Assembly: GCF_054482525.1 (NCBI RefSeq)
Contig: NZ_CM137006.1
Length of the DNA: 64,000 nt
Reading direction: 5' to 3' (one strand)
Below are positions 9,742 through 22,645 of this stretch, piece after piece. The position numbers and the translations under genes are program-made. How positions within the stretch are numbered: the stretch's first letter is position 1; every line of letters begins with the position of its first letter. The notes beneath the pieces were generated by a model. That model was not told the DNA's origin and did no database searches. It saw only the letters and a program-made list of their open reading frames with translations.

Positions 9742-11430
9742 ATGGCACAAGTCATTAATACCAACAGCCTCTCGCTGATCACTCAAAATAATATCAACAA
9801 GAACCAGTCTGCGCTGTCGAGTTCTATCGAGCGTCTGTCTTCTGGCTTGCGTATTAACAGCGCGAAGGATGACGCCGCAGGTCAGGCGATTGCTAACCGT
9901 TTTACTTCTAACATTAAAGGCCTGACTCAGGCTGCACGTAACGCCAACGACGGTATTTCTGTTGCACAGACCACTGAAGGCGCGCTGTCCGAAATCAACA
10001 ACAACTTACAGCGTGTGCGTGAACTGACCGTTCAGGCAACCACCGGTACCAACTCCCAGTCTGACCTGGACTCTATCCAGGACGAAATTAAATCCCGTCT
10101 GGACGAAATTGATCGCGTATCCGGTCAGACCCAGTTCAACGGCGTGAACGTGCTGGCAAAAGACGGTTCCATGAAAATTCAGGTTGGCGCGAACGATGGC
10201 CAGACCATCACTATCGACCTGAAGAAGATTGACTCTTCTACCTTGAACCTGACAGGTTTTAACGTTAACGGTTCTGGTTCTGTGGCGAATACTGCAGCAA
10301 CTAAAGCTGATTTAACCGCTGCTCAACTCTCTGCACCGGGTGCAGCAGACGCAAATGGTACAGTTACTTATACTGTCAGTGCTGGTTATAAAGAATCCAC
10401 TGCTGCAGATGTTATTGCTAGCATCAAAGACGGCAGTGCTCCGACTTCTGCAATTACTGCAACCATTAATAATGGCTTCGGTGATTCCAGTGCGCTGACT
10501 TCCAATGACTATACTTATGACCCAGCAAAAGGCGACTTCACTTACGACGTAGCTTCAAGCGCCAATAATACTGCTGCCCAGGTTCAGTCCTTCCTGACGC
10601 CGAAAGCAGGTGATACCGCAAATCTGAAAGTAACCGTTGGTACGACATCGGTTGATGTCGTTCTGGCCAGTGATGGTAAGATTACAGCAAAAGATGGTTC
10701 TGCATTATATATCGACAGTACAGGTAACCTGACTCAGAACAGTGCTGGCTTGACCTCTGCTAAACTGGCTACTCTGACTGGCCTTCAGGGCTCTGGTGTT
10801 GCTTCAACCATCACTACTGAAGATGGCACTAATATTGATATTGCTGCTAACGGTAATATTGGTCTGACCGGTGTTCGTATCAGTGCTGATTCTCTGCAGT
10901 CAGCGACTAAATCTACGGGCTTTACTGTTGGTACTGGCGCTACAGGTCTGACCGTAGGTACTGATGGTAAAGTGACTATCGGCGGGACTACTGCTCAGTC
11001 CTACACCAGCAAAGATGGTTCCCTGACTACTGATAACACCACTAAACTGTATCTGCAGAAAGATGGCTCTGTAACCAACGGTTCAGGTAAAGCGGTCTAT
11101 GTAGAAGCGGATGGTGATTTCACTACCGACGCTGCAACCAAAGCCGCAACCACCACCGATCCGCTGAAAGCCCTGGATGAGGCAATCAGCCAGATCGATA
11201 AGTTCCGTTCATCCCTGGGTGCTATCCAGAACCGTCTGGATTCCGCGGTCACCAACCTGAACAACACCACTACCAACCTGTCTGAAGCGCAGTCCCGTAT
11301 TCAGGACGCCGACTATGCGACCGAAGTGTCCAACATGTCGAAAGCGCAGATCATTCAGCAGGCCGGTAACTCCGTGCTGGCAAAAGCCAACCAGGTACCG
11401 CAACAGGTTCTGTCTCTGCTGCAGGGCTAA
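9742..11430 (+). CDS. fliC: Flagellin (H antigen), 562 aa, with non-K-12 central variable domain
   Basis: Conserved N-terminus MAQVINTNSLSLITQNNINKNQSALSSSIERLSSGLRINSAKDDAAGQAIANRF and C-terminus ...QVPQQVLSLLQG; central region Thr/Ser/Gly/Ala-rich. Confidence 0.95.
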   Translation: MAQVINTNSLSLITQNNINKNQSALSSSIERLSSGLRINSAKDDAAGQAIANRFTSNIKGLTQAARNANDGISVAQTTEGALSEINNNLQRVRELTVQATTGTNSQSDLDSIQDEIKSRLDEIDRVSGQTQFNGVNVLAKDGSMKIQVGANDGQTITIDLKKIDSSTLNLTGFNVNGSGSVANTAATKADLTAAQLSAPGAADANGTVTYTVSAGYKESTAADVIASIKDGSAPTSAITATINNGFGDSSALTSNDYTYDPAKGDFTYDVASSANNTAAQVQSFLTPKAGDTANLKVTVGTTSVDVVLASDGKITAKDGSALYIDSTGNLTQNSAGLTSAKLATLTGLQGSGVASTITTEDGTNIDIAANGNIGLTGVRISADSLQSATKSTGFTVGTGATGLTVGTDGKVTIGGTTAQSYTSKDGSLTTDNTTKLYLQKDGSVTNGSGKAVYVEADGDFTTDAATKAATTTDPLKALDEAISQIDKFRSSLGAIQNRLDSAVTNLNNTTTNLSEAQSRIQDADYATEVSNMSKAQIIQQAGNSVLAKANQVPQQVLSLLQG

Positions 11431-11473
11431 TCGTCCTAACCTGATTAACTGAGACTGATGGCAACGCCAAATT

Positions 11474-11573
<100 letters not shown>

Positions 11574-11603
11574 ACATGAAGCGTAATTTGTCAGCAACGT
11601 GAT

Positions 11604-11627
11604 CCCCCGCCACCGGCGGGGTTTTTT
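11604..11627 (+). terminator. Rho-independent terminator downstream of fliC
   Basis: cccccgccaccggcgggg hairpin followed by tttttt. Confidence 0.8.
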
Positions 11628-11698
11628 CTGTCCGCAATTTACCGGTAACCCCCAAATAACCCCTCATTTCACCCACTAATCGTCCGATTAAAAACCCT

Positions 11699-11725
11699 GC
11701 AGAAACGGATAATCATGCCGATAAC
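11699..11725 (+). promoter_or_regulatory. Putative sigma28-dependent promoter element for fliA (autoregulatory)
   Basis: Exact GCCGATAA -10 element at 11718..11725, ~25 nt upstream of fliA start; -35 match weak. Confidence 0.5.
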
Positions 11726-11749
11726 TCATATAACGCAGGGCTGTTTATC

Positions 11750-12469
11750 GTGAATTCACTCTATACCGCTGAAGGTGTAATGGATAAACACTCGCTGTGG
11801 CAGCGTTATGTCCCGCTGGTGCGTCACGAAGCATTGCGCCTGCAGGTTCGACTGCCCGCGAGCGTGGAACTTGACGATCTGCTACAGGCGGGCGGCATTG
11901 GGTTACTTAATGCCGTCGAACGCTATGACGCCCTACAAGGAACGGCATTTACAACTTACGCAGTGCAGCGTATCCGTGGCGCTATGCTGGATGAACTTCG
12001 CAGCCGTGACTGGGTGCCGCGCAGCGTGCGACGCAACGCGCGTGAAGTGGCACAGGCAATAGGGCAACTGGAGCAGGAACTTGGCCGCAACGCCACGGAA
12101 ACTGAGGTAGCGGAACGTTTAGGGATCGATATTGCCGACTATCGCCAAATGTTGCTCGACACCAATAACAGCCAGCTCTTCTCCTACGATGAGTGGCGCG
12201 AAGAGCACGGCGATAGCATCGAACTGGTTACTGATGATCATCAGCGAGAAAACCCGCTACAACAACTGCTGGACAGTAATCTGCGCCAGCGGGTGATGGA
12301 AGCCATCGAAACGTTGCCGGAGCGCGAAAAACTGGTATTAACCCTCTATTACCAGGAAGAGCTGAATCTCAAAGAGATTGGCGCGGTGCTGGAGGTCGGG
12401 GAATCGCGGGTCAGTCAGTTACACAGCCAGGCCATTAAACGGTTACGCACTAAACTGGGTAAGTTATAA
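11750..12469 (+). CDS. fliA: Flagellar sigma factor sigma28 FliA
   Basis: 239-aa ORF (GTG start) VNSLYTAEGVMDKHSLWQRY..., sigma70 family regions 2-4. Confidence 0.95.
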   Translation: MNSLYTAEGVMDKHSLWQRYVPLVRHEALRLQVRLPASVELDDLLQAGGIGLLNAVERYDALQGTAFTTYAVQRIRGAMLDELRSRDWVPRSVRRNAREVAQAIGQLEQELGRNATETEVAERLGIDIADYRQMLLDTNNSQLFSYDEWREEHGDSIELVTDDHQRENPLQQLLDSNLRQRVMEAIETLPEREKLVLTLYYQEELNLKEIGAVLEVGESRVSQLHSQAIKRLRTKLGKL

Positions 12470-12514
12470 CGTCAGTAAATGCCGCACTTTAATTTTGACT
12501 ACCAGGAGTTCTTA

Positions 12515-13066
12515 ATGATGGTGCAGCACCTGAAAAGACGGCCATTAAGCCGCTATCTTAAAGACTTTAAACACAGCCAGACCCATTGCGCGCATTGCCG
12601 TAAATTACTCGACCGCATTACCCTCGTTCGCGACGGCAAAATAGTGAATAAAATCGAGATTTCCCGCCTGGACATGCTGCTTGATGAAAATGGCTGGCAA
12701 ACGGAACAAAAATCATGGGCGGCATTGTGCCGATTTTGCGGTGATTTACATTGCAAAACGCAGAGTGATTTTTTCGATATTATCGGCTTTAAGCAATTTC
12801 TTTTTGAGCAAACTGAAATGAGCCCAGGTACGGTGCGTGAATATGTCGTTCGTCTGCGCCGTTTGGGGAATCATCTACACGAGCAAAATATTTCCCTCGA
12901 TCAGCTGCAGGGTGGTTTCCTTGATGAAATCCTCGCCCCGTGGCTGCCCACCACCAGCACCAACAATTACCGCATCGCATTACGGAAGTATCAACACTAT
13001 CAGCGTCAAACGTGTACCGGACTTGTGCAGAAATCCTCCAGCCTGCCTGCTTCTGATATATATTAA
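12515..13066 (+). CDS. fliZ: Regulator FliZ
   Basis: MMVQHLKRRPLSRYLKDFKHSQTHCAHC..., 183 aa from internal start of ORF 12479..13066. Confidence 0.9.
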   Translation: MMVQHLKRRPLSRYLKDFKHSQTHCAHCRKLLDRITLVRDGKIVNKIEISRLDMLLDENGWQTEQKSWAALCRFCGDLHCKTQSDFFDIIGFKQFLFEQTEMSPGTVREYVVRLRRLGNHLHEQNISLDQLQGGFLDEILAPWLPTTSTNNYRIALRKYQHYQRQTCTGLVQKSSSLPASDIY

Positions 13067-13153
13067 ATAAGAATAAGATGTAGCGGAGTTGTTTTTGTGT
13101 TTACAAACAATGGCTCTACACTGCAAACAGACATAACAACATTCGGGGTGAAT

Positions 13154-15045
<1,892 letters not shown>

Positions 15046-15059
15046 CTCCGGAAACGCTC

Positions 15060-15728
15060 ATGCAAGAAAGTATACAACTGGTTATTGATTCCTTGCCGTT
15101 CCTGCTGAAAGGGGCTGGGTATACGCTGCAACTCAGTATCGGCGGCATGTTTTTTGGCTTACTGCTAGGGTTTGTTCTCGCGCTGATGCGCCTGTCGCCA
15201 ATCTGGCCCGTGCGCTGGCTGGCGCGTTTTTATATCTCTATTTTTCGTGGTACGCCACTCATCGCCCAACTGTTTATGATCTATTACGGCTTGCCGCAGT
15301 TTGGCATCGAACTAGATCCCATTCCGTCAGCAATGATTGGTCTGTCGCTAAACACTGCCGCCTATGCTGCCGAAACGCTGCGCGCCGCCATTTCTTCTAT
15401 TGATAAAGGTCAGTGGGAAGCTGCTGCCAGTATTGGTATGACGCCATGGCAGACCATGCGTCGCGCGATTTTGCCACAGGCGGCGCGGGTGGCGTTGCCG
15501 CCGCTGTCGAACAGCTTTATCAGCCTGGTAAAAGATACGTCGCTGGCCGCGACAATCCAGGTGCCGGAGCTGTTTCGTCAGGCGCAGTTGATTACCTCAC
15601 GCACGCTGGAGGTGTTCACCATGTACCTGGCGGCTTCGCTCATCTACTGGATCATGGCGACAGTGTTATCGACGTTGCAGAACCATTTTGAGAATCAACT
15701 TAATCGCCAGGAGAGAGAACCAAAATGA
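15060..15728 (+). CDS. tcyL: Cystine ABC transporter permease TcyL (YecS)
   Basis: 222-aa membrane ORF, synteny dcyD-tcyL-tcyN. Confidence 0.9.
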   Translation: MQESIQLVIDSLPFLLKGAGYTLQLSIGGMFFGLLLGFVLALMRLSPIWPVRWLARFYISIFRGTPLIAQLFMIYYGLPQFGIELDPIPSAMIGLSLNTAAYAAETLRAAISSIDKGQWEAAASIGMTPWQTMRRAILPQAARVALPPLSNSFISLVKDTSLAATIQVPELFRQAQLITSRTLEVFTMYLAASLIYWIMATVLSTLQNHFENQLNRQEREPK

Positions 15729-16477
15729 GTGCCATTGAAGTTAAGAACCTGGTGAAAAAATTCCACGGTCAGACGGTGCTGCACGGTATCGACCTTGAGG
15801 TGAAGCCTGGCGAAGTAGTGGCAATTATCGGTCCAAGTGGTTCCGGCAAAACCACGTTGCTACGCAGCATAAATCTGCTGGAACAACCGGAAGCGGGAAC
15901 CATCACCGTTGGCGAAATCACCATTGATACTGCACGTTCATTAAGTCAGCAAAAATCGCTGATTCGCCAGTTGCGTCAGCACGTCGGGTTTGTCTTCCAG
16001 AACTTTAATTTGTTTCCGCATCGTACGGTGCTGGAAAACATTATTGAAGGGCCGGTGATCGTCAAAGGCGAACCGAAAGAAGAGGCCACGGCGCGCGCTC
16101 GCGAGCTGTTGGCGAAAGTTGGGCTGGCAGGTAAAGAAACCAGCTATCCACGTCGTTTGTCTGGCGGTCAACAGCAGCGTGTCGCGATTGCGCGAGCGCT
16201 GGCAATGCGTCCTGAGGTGATTTTGTTTGACGAGCCAACGTCGGCGCTGGATCCAGAGCTGGTGGGCGAAGTCCTGAACACCATCCGTCAGCTGGCGCAG
16301 GAAAAGCGCACGATGGTGATTGTGACGCACGAAATGAGCTTTGCCCGGGATGTTGCGGACCGGGCGATCTTTATGGACCAGGGGCGGATAGTCGAGCAGG
16401 GGGCCGCAAAAGCGTTATTTGCCGATCCTCAGCAGCCTCGCACCCGCCAGTTCCTCGAGAAGTTTCTGCTGCAATAA
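15725..16477 (+). CDS. tcyN: Cystine ABC transporter ATP-binding protein TcyN (YecC)
   Basis: Walker A GPSGSGKTT, ABC signature LSGGQQQRV; 4-nt overlap with tcyL. Confidence 0.92.
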   Translation: MSAIEVKNLVKKFHGQTVLHGIDLEVKPGEVVAIIGPSGSGKTTLLRSINLLEQPEAGTITVGEITIDTARSLSQQKSLIRQLRQHVGFVFQNFNLFPHRTVLENIIEGPVIVKGEPKEEATARARELLAKVGLAGKETSYPRRLSGGQQQRVAIARALAMRPEVILFDEPTSALDPELVGEVLNTIRQLAQEKRTMVIVTHEMSFARDVADRAIFMDQGRIVEQGAAKALFADPQQPRTRQFLEKFLLQ

Positions 16478-16706
16478 TAAGAAAAAATCAGCCCCGACGA
16501 TTCACTTGTCGGGGCGGGACGCCATTTCAAGCGTAATAAAAGTGCTTAACAAATCAGCATAACTCATTAATAACATAAGAGAATGCGATGGCTTGCAAAA
16601 GTAATTCATTGCCTGAATAATATAAATTATATATAAATCTTATTTATGTGATAGTTTGAATTATCATTATAAATGATACTCACTCTCAGGGGCGTTGCGG
16701 TTTACT

Positions 16707-17429
16707 ATGCAGGATACGGATTTTTTCAGCTGGCGTCGCACGATGCTGTTGCGTTTTCAGAGGATGGAGGCCGCAGAAGAGGTCTACCATGAAATAGAGC
16801 TTCAGGCTCAGCAGCTGGAGTACGATTACTATTCGTTATGTGTTCGCCACCCAGTACCATTCACGCGACCTAAAGTGGCTTTCTACACCAATTACCCTGA
16901 GTCGTGGGTTAGTTATTATCAGGCAAAAAATTTTCTCGCAATTGATCCGGTGCTGAACCCTGAAAACTTTAGTCAGGGCCATTTAATGTGGAATGATGAC
17001 TTATTCAGCGAAGCACAGCCGTTATGGGAAGCTGCGCGCGCACATGGTTTACGCCGCGGTGTCACTCAGTATTTAATGCTGCCAAATCGGGCGCTGGGCT
17101 TTTTGTCCTTTTCCCGTTGCAGCACGCGCGAAATACCCATTCTTAGTGATGAACTGCAATTAAAAATGCAGTTACTGGTGCGCGAAAGTCTGATGGCTCT
17201 GATGCGTTTAAATGATGAAATAGTGATGACGCCAGAGATGAATTTCAGCAAGCGCGAAAAAGAAATTCTGAAATGGACGGCGGAAGGGAAGACATCAGCA
17301 GAGATAGCGATGATTTTGTCAATCTCTGAGAATACGGTCAATTTCCATCAGAAAAACATGCAGAAAAAAATCAATGCACCAAATAAGACCCAGGTGGCCT
17401 GTTACGCGGCCGCTACCGGCTTAATTTGA
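16707..17429 (+). CDS. sdiA: LuxR-family orphan quorum-sensing regulator SdiA
   Basis: MQDTDFFSWRRTMLLRFQRMEAAEEVYHEIELQAQQLEYDYYSLC..., 240 aa. Confidence 0.92.
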   Translation: MQDTDFFSWRRTMLLRFQRMEAAEEVYHEIELQAQQLEYDYYSLCVRHPVPFTRPKVAFYTNYPESWVSYYQAKNFLAIDPVLNPENFSQGHLMWNDDLFSEAQPLWEAARAHGLRRGVTQYLMLPNRALGFLSFSRCSTREIPILSDELQLKMQLLVRESLMALMRLNDEIVMTPEMNFSKREKEILKWTAEGKTSAEIAMILSISENTVNFHQKNMQKKINAPNKTQVACYAAATGLI

Positions 17430-17455
17430 TCGCTTTTCTTTCTGCGTGCCAGATG

Positions 17456-17492
17456 CAAAAACCGGCTGAAAGGCACGCTCTCAGCCGGTTTT
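17456..17492. terminator. Bidirectional intrinsic terminator between sdiA and yecF
   Basis: aaaaaccggctgaaaggcacgctctcagccggtttt palindrome flanked by A/T runs. Confidence 0.75.
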
Positions 17493-17495
17493 ATA

Positions 17496-17720
17496 TTACT
17501 GACGGTAGGCTTGTTTAATTTGCTTAACCGTTTTGGAAAATACTGCAGCCTGGGTTTCGTCTTCGATCAGCGCAAGCTGTTTTTCCATCTTTAACATCAC
17601 GCGGCCCGCGTCAGCTTGTCCCATCGCCTGCAGCATCAGCGTCAGCATCGCTTTCAGGCAGGAGACTTCATTTGCCAGTTCTTGATTATTCTCGGCAGTA
17701 GAAAAATCAGGCGTACTCAT
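17496..17720 (-). CDS. yecF: Small protein YecF (DUF2594)
   Basis: 74-aa ORF, convergent with sdiA, conserved position. Confidence 0.8.
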
Positions 17721-18178
17721 TTATTTTCCTCGTCATGTTGCAATGAAAATTTGCGGTGAAAAATGTTAAGGCGGCGGAGTATACCATAAGCTTTGCTAAA
17801 AATAGCAGTGGTTGTTTTTTGAGCGTGACAGCGGCAGTGCTATAAAATACGTTAATATAATGACCAATAAATATTTTTATCATGAATGTTTTTTGCCCGT
17901 ATTGTTCGGGTTAATTAATGTTACATATTCAGCGGGCTGATTTTCATTTTTGCTGAATAAAGTCAATTTTTGTCACATTTCATCGCAGGGCTTACTGTGA
18001 AACGATCCCGGAAGCCGTTGGTGACGGGCGTGACCATAACTGTGGACAATCGAATTGACAAAAACGAGAGAAAAATCGAATACCCACCATTTTTAACGTT
18101 TCAAAGTTGCAATAAAAACCGCTAATATACGAATGACTAACTATCAGTAGCGTTATCCCTATTTCTGGAGATATTCCT

Positions 18179-18835
18179 TTGATCAACGTTCTACTTGTTG
18201 ATGACCACGAACTGGTGCGCGCAGGGATACGACGCATTCTGGAAGATATAAAGGGTATAAAAGTCGTCGGTGAGGCATCGTGCGGTGAAGACGCCGTTAA
18301 ATGGTGCCGGGCAAATGCCGTTGACGTGGTGCTAATGGACATGAGTATGCCGGGCATTGGCGGTCTTGAGGCGACGCGTAAAATCGCGCGTTCCACAGCT
18401 GATGTCAAAATCATCATGCTTACCGTCCATACAGAAAACCCTTTACCAGCGAAAGTCATGCAGGCCGGTGCTGCGGGCTACCTCAGCAAAGGCGCGGCTC
18501 CGCAGGAAGTCGTGAGTGCGATCCGTTCTGTCTATTCAGGGCAGCGTTACATTGCTTCTGACATCGCTCAACAAATGGCGTTAAGCCAGATCGAACCAGA
18601 AAAAACAGAAAGCCCATTTGCCAGTTTGTCTGAACGTGAATTGCAGATTATGCTGATGATCACCAAGGGCCAGAAGGTCAATGAGATCTCAGAACAGCTC
18701 AATCTCAGTCCGAAAACGGTGAACAGCTACCGCTATCGTATGTTCAGTAAACTAAACATTCATGGCGATGTTGAGCTGACTCACCTGGCAATTCGCCATG
18801 GTCTGTGTAATGCGGAGACATTATCAAGTCAGTGA
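18179..18835 (+). CDS. uvrY: Response regulator UvrY (BarA/UvrY two-component system)
   Basis: TTG start; [33 protein letters not shown]..., REC + LuxR HTH; 218 aa. Confidence 0.93.
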   Translation: MINVLLVDDHELVRAGIRRILEDIKGIKVVGEASCGEDAVKWCRANAVDVVLMDMSMPGIGGLEATRKIARSTADVKIIMLTVHTENPLPAKVMQAGAAGYLSKGAAPQEVVSAIRSVYSGQRYIASDIAQQMALSQIEPEKTESPFASLSERELQIMLMITKGQKVNEISEQLNLSPKTVNSYRYRMFSKLNIHGDVELTHLAIRHGLCNAETLSSQ

Positions 18836-20664
18836 GTGATCAGTTTGACGCAAAAGCGTTTTTAAAAACCGTAACCAGCCAGCCAGGCGTTTATCGCATG
18901 TACGATGCTGGTGGTACGGTTATCTATGTCGGCAAAGCGAAAGACCTGAAAAAACGGCTTTCCAGCTATTTCCGTAGCAACCTCGCTTCGCGCAAAACCG
19001 AAGCGCTGGTCGCCCAGATCCAGCAAATTGATGTCACGGTTACTCATACAGAAACCGAAGCGCTGTTGCTGGAACACAACTACATCAAACTCTATCAGCC
19101 GCGTTACAACGTTTTGCTACGCGATGATAAATCTTATCCTTTTATCTTCCTGAGTGGCGATACCCACCCGCGTCTGGCGATGCATCGTGGTGCGAAGCAT
19201 GCCAAAGGTGAATATTTCGGCCCGTTCCCGAATGGCTATGCCGTACGTGAAACACTGGCGCTACTGCAAAAGATATTCCCCATTCGCCAGTGCGAAAATA
19301 GTGTTTATCGCAATCGCTCGCGTCCGTGTCTGCAATATCAGATAGGGCGCTGTCTGGGACCGTGCGTTGAAGGACTGGTGAGTGAAGAAGAATACGCTCA
19401 GCAGGTCGAGTATGTGCGCCTGTTTTTGTCTGGCAAAGATGATCAGGTGCTTACGCAACTCATTAGCCGTATGGAAACTGCCAGCCAGAATCTGGAGTTT
19501 GAAGACGCGGCACGTATTCGCGACCAAATTCAGGCGGTGCGACGCGTCACCGAAAAACAGTTTGTGTCCAATACCGGCGACGACCTTGACGTTATTGGTG
19601 TGGCGTTCGATGCGGGCATGGCTTGTGTCCACGTATTGTTCATTCGTCAGGGTAAAGTGCTCGGCAGCCGCAGCTATTTCCCGAAAGTGCCTGGCGGTAC
19701 GGAACTGAGCGAGGTGGTGGAAACCTTCGTAGGTCAGTTCTATTTACAAGGCAGCCAGATGCGCACCTTACCGGGTGAGATCCTGCTCGATTTTAATCTT
19801 AGCGATAAAACGCTGCTCGCCGATTCCCTTTCAGAACTGGCGGGACGCAAGATTAATGTTCAAACCAAACCTCGCGGCGATCGGGCGCGTTATCTGAAAC
19901 TTGCGCGCACCAATGCGGCGACGGCCTTAACCAGCAAACTTTCGCAGCAATCTACCGTTCACCAGCGACTGACCGCGCTTGCCAGCGTGTTGAAATTACC
20001 GGAAGTGAAGCGGATGGAGTGCTTTGACATCAGCCATACCATGGGTGAACAAACCGTCGCTTCCTGTGTGGTGTTTGATGCTAACGGCCCGCTGCGTGCG
20101 GAGTATCGGCGCTATAACATTACTGGCATTACGCCGGGCGATGATTATGCGGCGATGAATCAGGTGCTGCGTCGCCGTTATGGTAAAGCCATCGACGACA
20201 GTAAGATCCCGGATGTGATCCTTATCGACGGCGGCAAAGGCCAGCTTGCCCAGGCGAAAAATGTCTTCGCCGAACTGGATGTCTCATGGGATAAAAATCA
20301 TCCGCTGCTACTTGGCGTTGCCAAAGGTGCAGATAGGAAGGCAGGGTTGGAAACGCTGTTCTTTGAGCCGGAAGGCGAGGGATTCAGTTTGCCGCCAGAT
20401 TCTCCCGCGCTGCATGTTATCCAACATATTCGCGACGAATCACACGATCACGCGATTGGTGGGCACCGTAAAAAACGGGCGAAGGTCAAAAATACCAGTT
20501 CCCTGGAAACCATTGAAGGCGTCGGGCCAAAACGTCGGCAAATGTTGTTGAAATATATGGGCGGTTTGCAAGGTTTACGTAACGCCAGCGTCGAGGAAAT
20601 TGCAAAAGTGCCGGGTATTTCGCAAGGTCTGGCAGAAAAGATCTTCTGGTCGTTGAAACATTGA
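18832..20664 (+). CDS. uvrC: Excinuclease ABC subunit C
   Basis: GTG start overlapping uvrY stop; [42 protein letters not shown] (GIY-YIG); 610 aa. Confidence 0.95.
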   Translation: MSDQFDAKAFLKTVTSQPGVYRMYDAGGTVIYVGKAKDLKKRLSSYFRSNLASRKTEALVAQIQQIDVTVTHTETEALLLEHNYIKLYQPRYNVLLRDDKSYPFIFLSGDTHPRLAMHRGAKHAKGEYFGPFPNGYAVRETLALLQKIFPIRQCENSVYRNRSRPCLQYQIGRCLGPCVEGLVSEEEYAQQVEYVRLFLSGKDDQVLTQLISRMETASQNLEFEDAARIRDQIQAVRRVTEKQFVSNTGDDLDVIGVAFDAGMACVHVLFIRQGKVLGSRSYFPKVPGGTELSEVVETFVGQFYLQGSQMRTLPGEILLDFNLSDKTLLADSLSELAGRKINVQTKPRGDRARYLKLARTNAATALTSKLSQQSTVHQRLTALASVLKLPEVKRMECFDISHTMGEQTVASCVVFDANGPLRAEYRRYNITGITPGDDYAAMNQVLRRRYGKAIDDSKIPDVILIDGGKGQLAQAKNVFAELDVSWDKNHPLLLGVAKGADRKAGLETLFFEPEGEGFSLPPDSPALHVIQHIRDESHDHAIGGHRKKRAKVKNTSSLETIEGVGPKRRQMLLKYMGGLQGLRNASVEEIAKVPGISQGLAEKIFWSLKH

Positions 20665-20720
20665 TGTCTCTGTAGCAACATAGGGGTAATCTTACTGACA
20701 ACAGATAGTTACCCGTCATT

Positions 20721-21269
20721 ATGCAATTTAATATCCCTACGTTGCTTACACTGTTCCGTGTCATCCTTATCCCATTCTTTGTATTGGTCTTTTATCTGCC
20801 TGTCACCTGGTCGCCGTTTGCCGCCGCGCTCATTTTCTGCGTCGCGGCGGTGACTGACTGGTTCGATGGTTTTCTGGCACGCCGCTGGAACCAGAGTACC
20901 CGGTTTGGTGCTTTCCTTGACCCTGTGGCAGATAAAGTTCTCGTGGCTATCGCCATGGTGCTGGTAACCGAGCATTATCACAGCTGGTGGGTGACCTTAC
21001 CGGCGGCAACGATGATCGCCCGTGAAATTATTATTTCTGCGCTACGCGAATGGATGGCGGAGTTGGGTAAACGCAGTAGCGTGGCTGTCTCCTGGATTGG
21101 GAAAGTGAAAACCACTGCCCAGATGGTGGCGCTGGCCTGGCTGCTGTGGCGTCCGAACATTTGGGTTGAGTACGCCGGTATTGCACTATTCTTTGTGGCT
21201 GCGGTATTGACTCTGTGGTCAATGTTGCAATATTTGAGCGCTGCGCGTGCAGATTTGCTTGATCAGTGA
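20721..21269 (+). CDS. pgsA: CDP-diacylglycerol--glycerol-3-phosphate 3-phosphatidyltransferase
   Basis: 182-aa [28 protein letters not shown]..., CDP-alcohol phosphatidyltransferase motif. Confidence 0.93.
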
Positions 21270-21420
21270 TCGTTTCGGCGCAATTTTCAGCAAACGATCA
21301 AAAGTGGTGAAAAATATCGTTGACTCATCGCGCCAGGTAAGTAGAATGCAACGCATCGAACGGCGGCACTGATTGCCAGACGATAATAAAATCAAGTGAT
21401 TAACTGATTGCTTGATGAAT

Positions 21421-21496
<76 letters not shown>

Positions 21497-21550
21497 GTTT
21501 AAAAGACATCGGCGTCAAGCGGATGTCTGGCTGAAAGGCCTGAAGAATTT

Positions 21551-21624
21551 GGCGCGTTAACAAAGCGGTTATGTAGCGGATTGCAAATCCGTCTAGTCCG
21601 GTTCGACTCCGGAACGCGCCTCCA
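21551..21624 (+). tRNA. cysT: tRNA-Cys (anticodon GCA)
   Basis: ggcgcgttaacaaagcggttatgtagcggattGCAaatccg...ggaacgcgcctcca. Confidence 0.95.
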
Positions 21625-21636
21625 CTTTCTTCCCGA

Positions 21637-21723
21637 GCCCGGATGGTGGAATCGGTAGACACAAGGGATTTAAAATCCCTCGGCGTTCGCGCTGTGCGGG
21701 TTCAAGTCCCGCTCCGGGTACCA
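21637..21723 (+). tRNA. leuZ: tRNA-Leu (anticodon UAA), long variable arm
   Basis: gcccggatggtggaatcggtagacacaagggattTAAaatccctcggcgttcgcgctgtgcgggttcaagtcccgctccgggtacca. Confidence 0.95.
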
Positions 21724-21765
21724 TGGGAAAGATAAGAATAAAATCAAAGCAATAAGCAGTGTCGT

Positions 21766-21790
21766 GAAACCACCTTCGGGTGGTTTTTTT
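21766..21790 (+). terminator. Rho-independent terminator of tRNA operon
   Basis: gaaaccaccttcgggtggtttttttg. Confidence 0.85.
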
Positions 21791-21918
21791 GTGCCTGCAA
21801 CTTGTCGTTACACCCTCCTTAATTTTTAATCACCGGCAAAGCCACTCAAAAAGTATCTCTGATACGGACCGGCATGTAAGATAGGTGCTGGCGAGTTGAG
21901 ATCCACAAGGAAAAGCGT

Positions 21919-22584
21919 ATGAAAACGGGACCGTTAAACGAAAGTGAGTTGGAATGGCTGGACGATATTCTGACCAAATACAACACTGACCACGCCATCC
22001 TTGATGTGGCGGAGCTGGACGGTTTATTGACGGCGGTGTTGAGTTCTCCGCAAGAGATTGAACCGGCACAGTGGCTGGTTGCCGTGTGGGGTGGGGCTGA
22101 CTATGTGCCGCACTGGGCGTCAGAGAAAGAGATGACACGCTTTATGAACCTGGCTTTTCAACATATGGCCGATACCGCAGAGCGTCTGAACGAATTCCCG
22201 GAGCAGTTTGAGCCGTTATTCGGCTTGCGAGAAGTCGATGGCAGCGAGCTGACGATTGTTGAGGAGTGGTGCTTTGGCTATATGCGGGGCGTGGCACTTT
22301 CTGACTGGTCAACGTTGCCCGATTCGTTAAAACCAGCGCTGGATGCGATTGCGCTGCACGGTACTGAGGAAAACTTCGAGCGGGTAGAGAAGATGTCGCC
22401 AGAAGCGTTTGAAGAGAGCGTAGATGCCATTCGACTGGCGGCGCTTGATTTACATGCATACTGGATGGCGCATCCGCAGGAAAAAGCTGTTCAGCAACCG
22501 ATCAAAGCAGAAGAGAAACCGGGGCGTAATGATCCTTGCCCGTGCGGTAGTGGTAAGAAATTTAAGCAGTGCTGCCTGCATTAA
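21919..22584 (+). CDS. yecA: UPF0149/SEC-C motif protein YecA
   Basis: 221-aa ORF ending in SEC-C metal-binding motif [13 protein letters not shown]. Confidence 0.9.
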   Translation: MKTGPLNESELEWLDDILTKYNTDHAILDVAELDGLLTAVLSSPQEIEPAQWLVAVWGGADYVPHWASEKEMTRFMNLAFQHMADTAERLNEFPEQFEPLFGLREVDGSELTIVEEWCFGYMRGVALSDWSTLPDSLKPALDAIALHGTEENFERVEKMSPEAFEESVDAIRLAALDLHAYWMAHPQEKAVQQPIKAEEKPGRNDPCPCGSGKKFKQCCLH

Positions 22585-22645
22585 GAGATCAAATTGGGTG
22601 TCAGCGTTAATTCTGGCACCCAATAAGGAATTTGAGGCTATCTGA

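Noticed and set aside
16480-16520. Possible terminator hairpin after tcyN (gccccgacga...tcggggc)
   Set aside because: Stem is present but not followed by a T-run; could be a weak terminator or an RNA stability element. Not confident enough to list as a feature.
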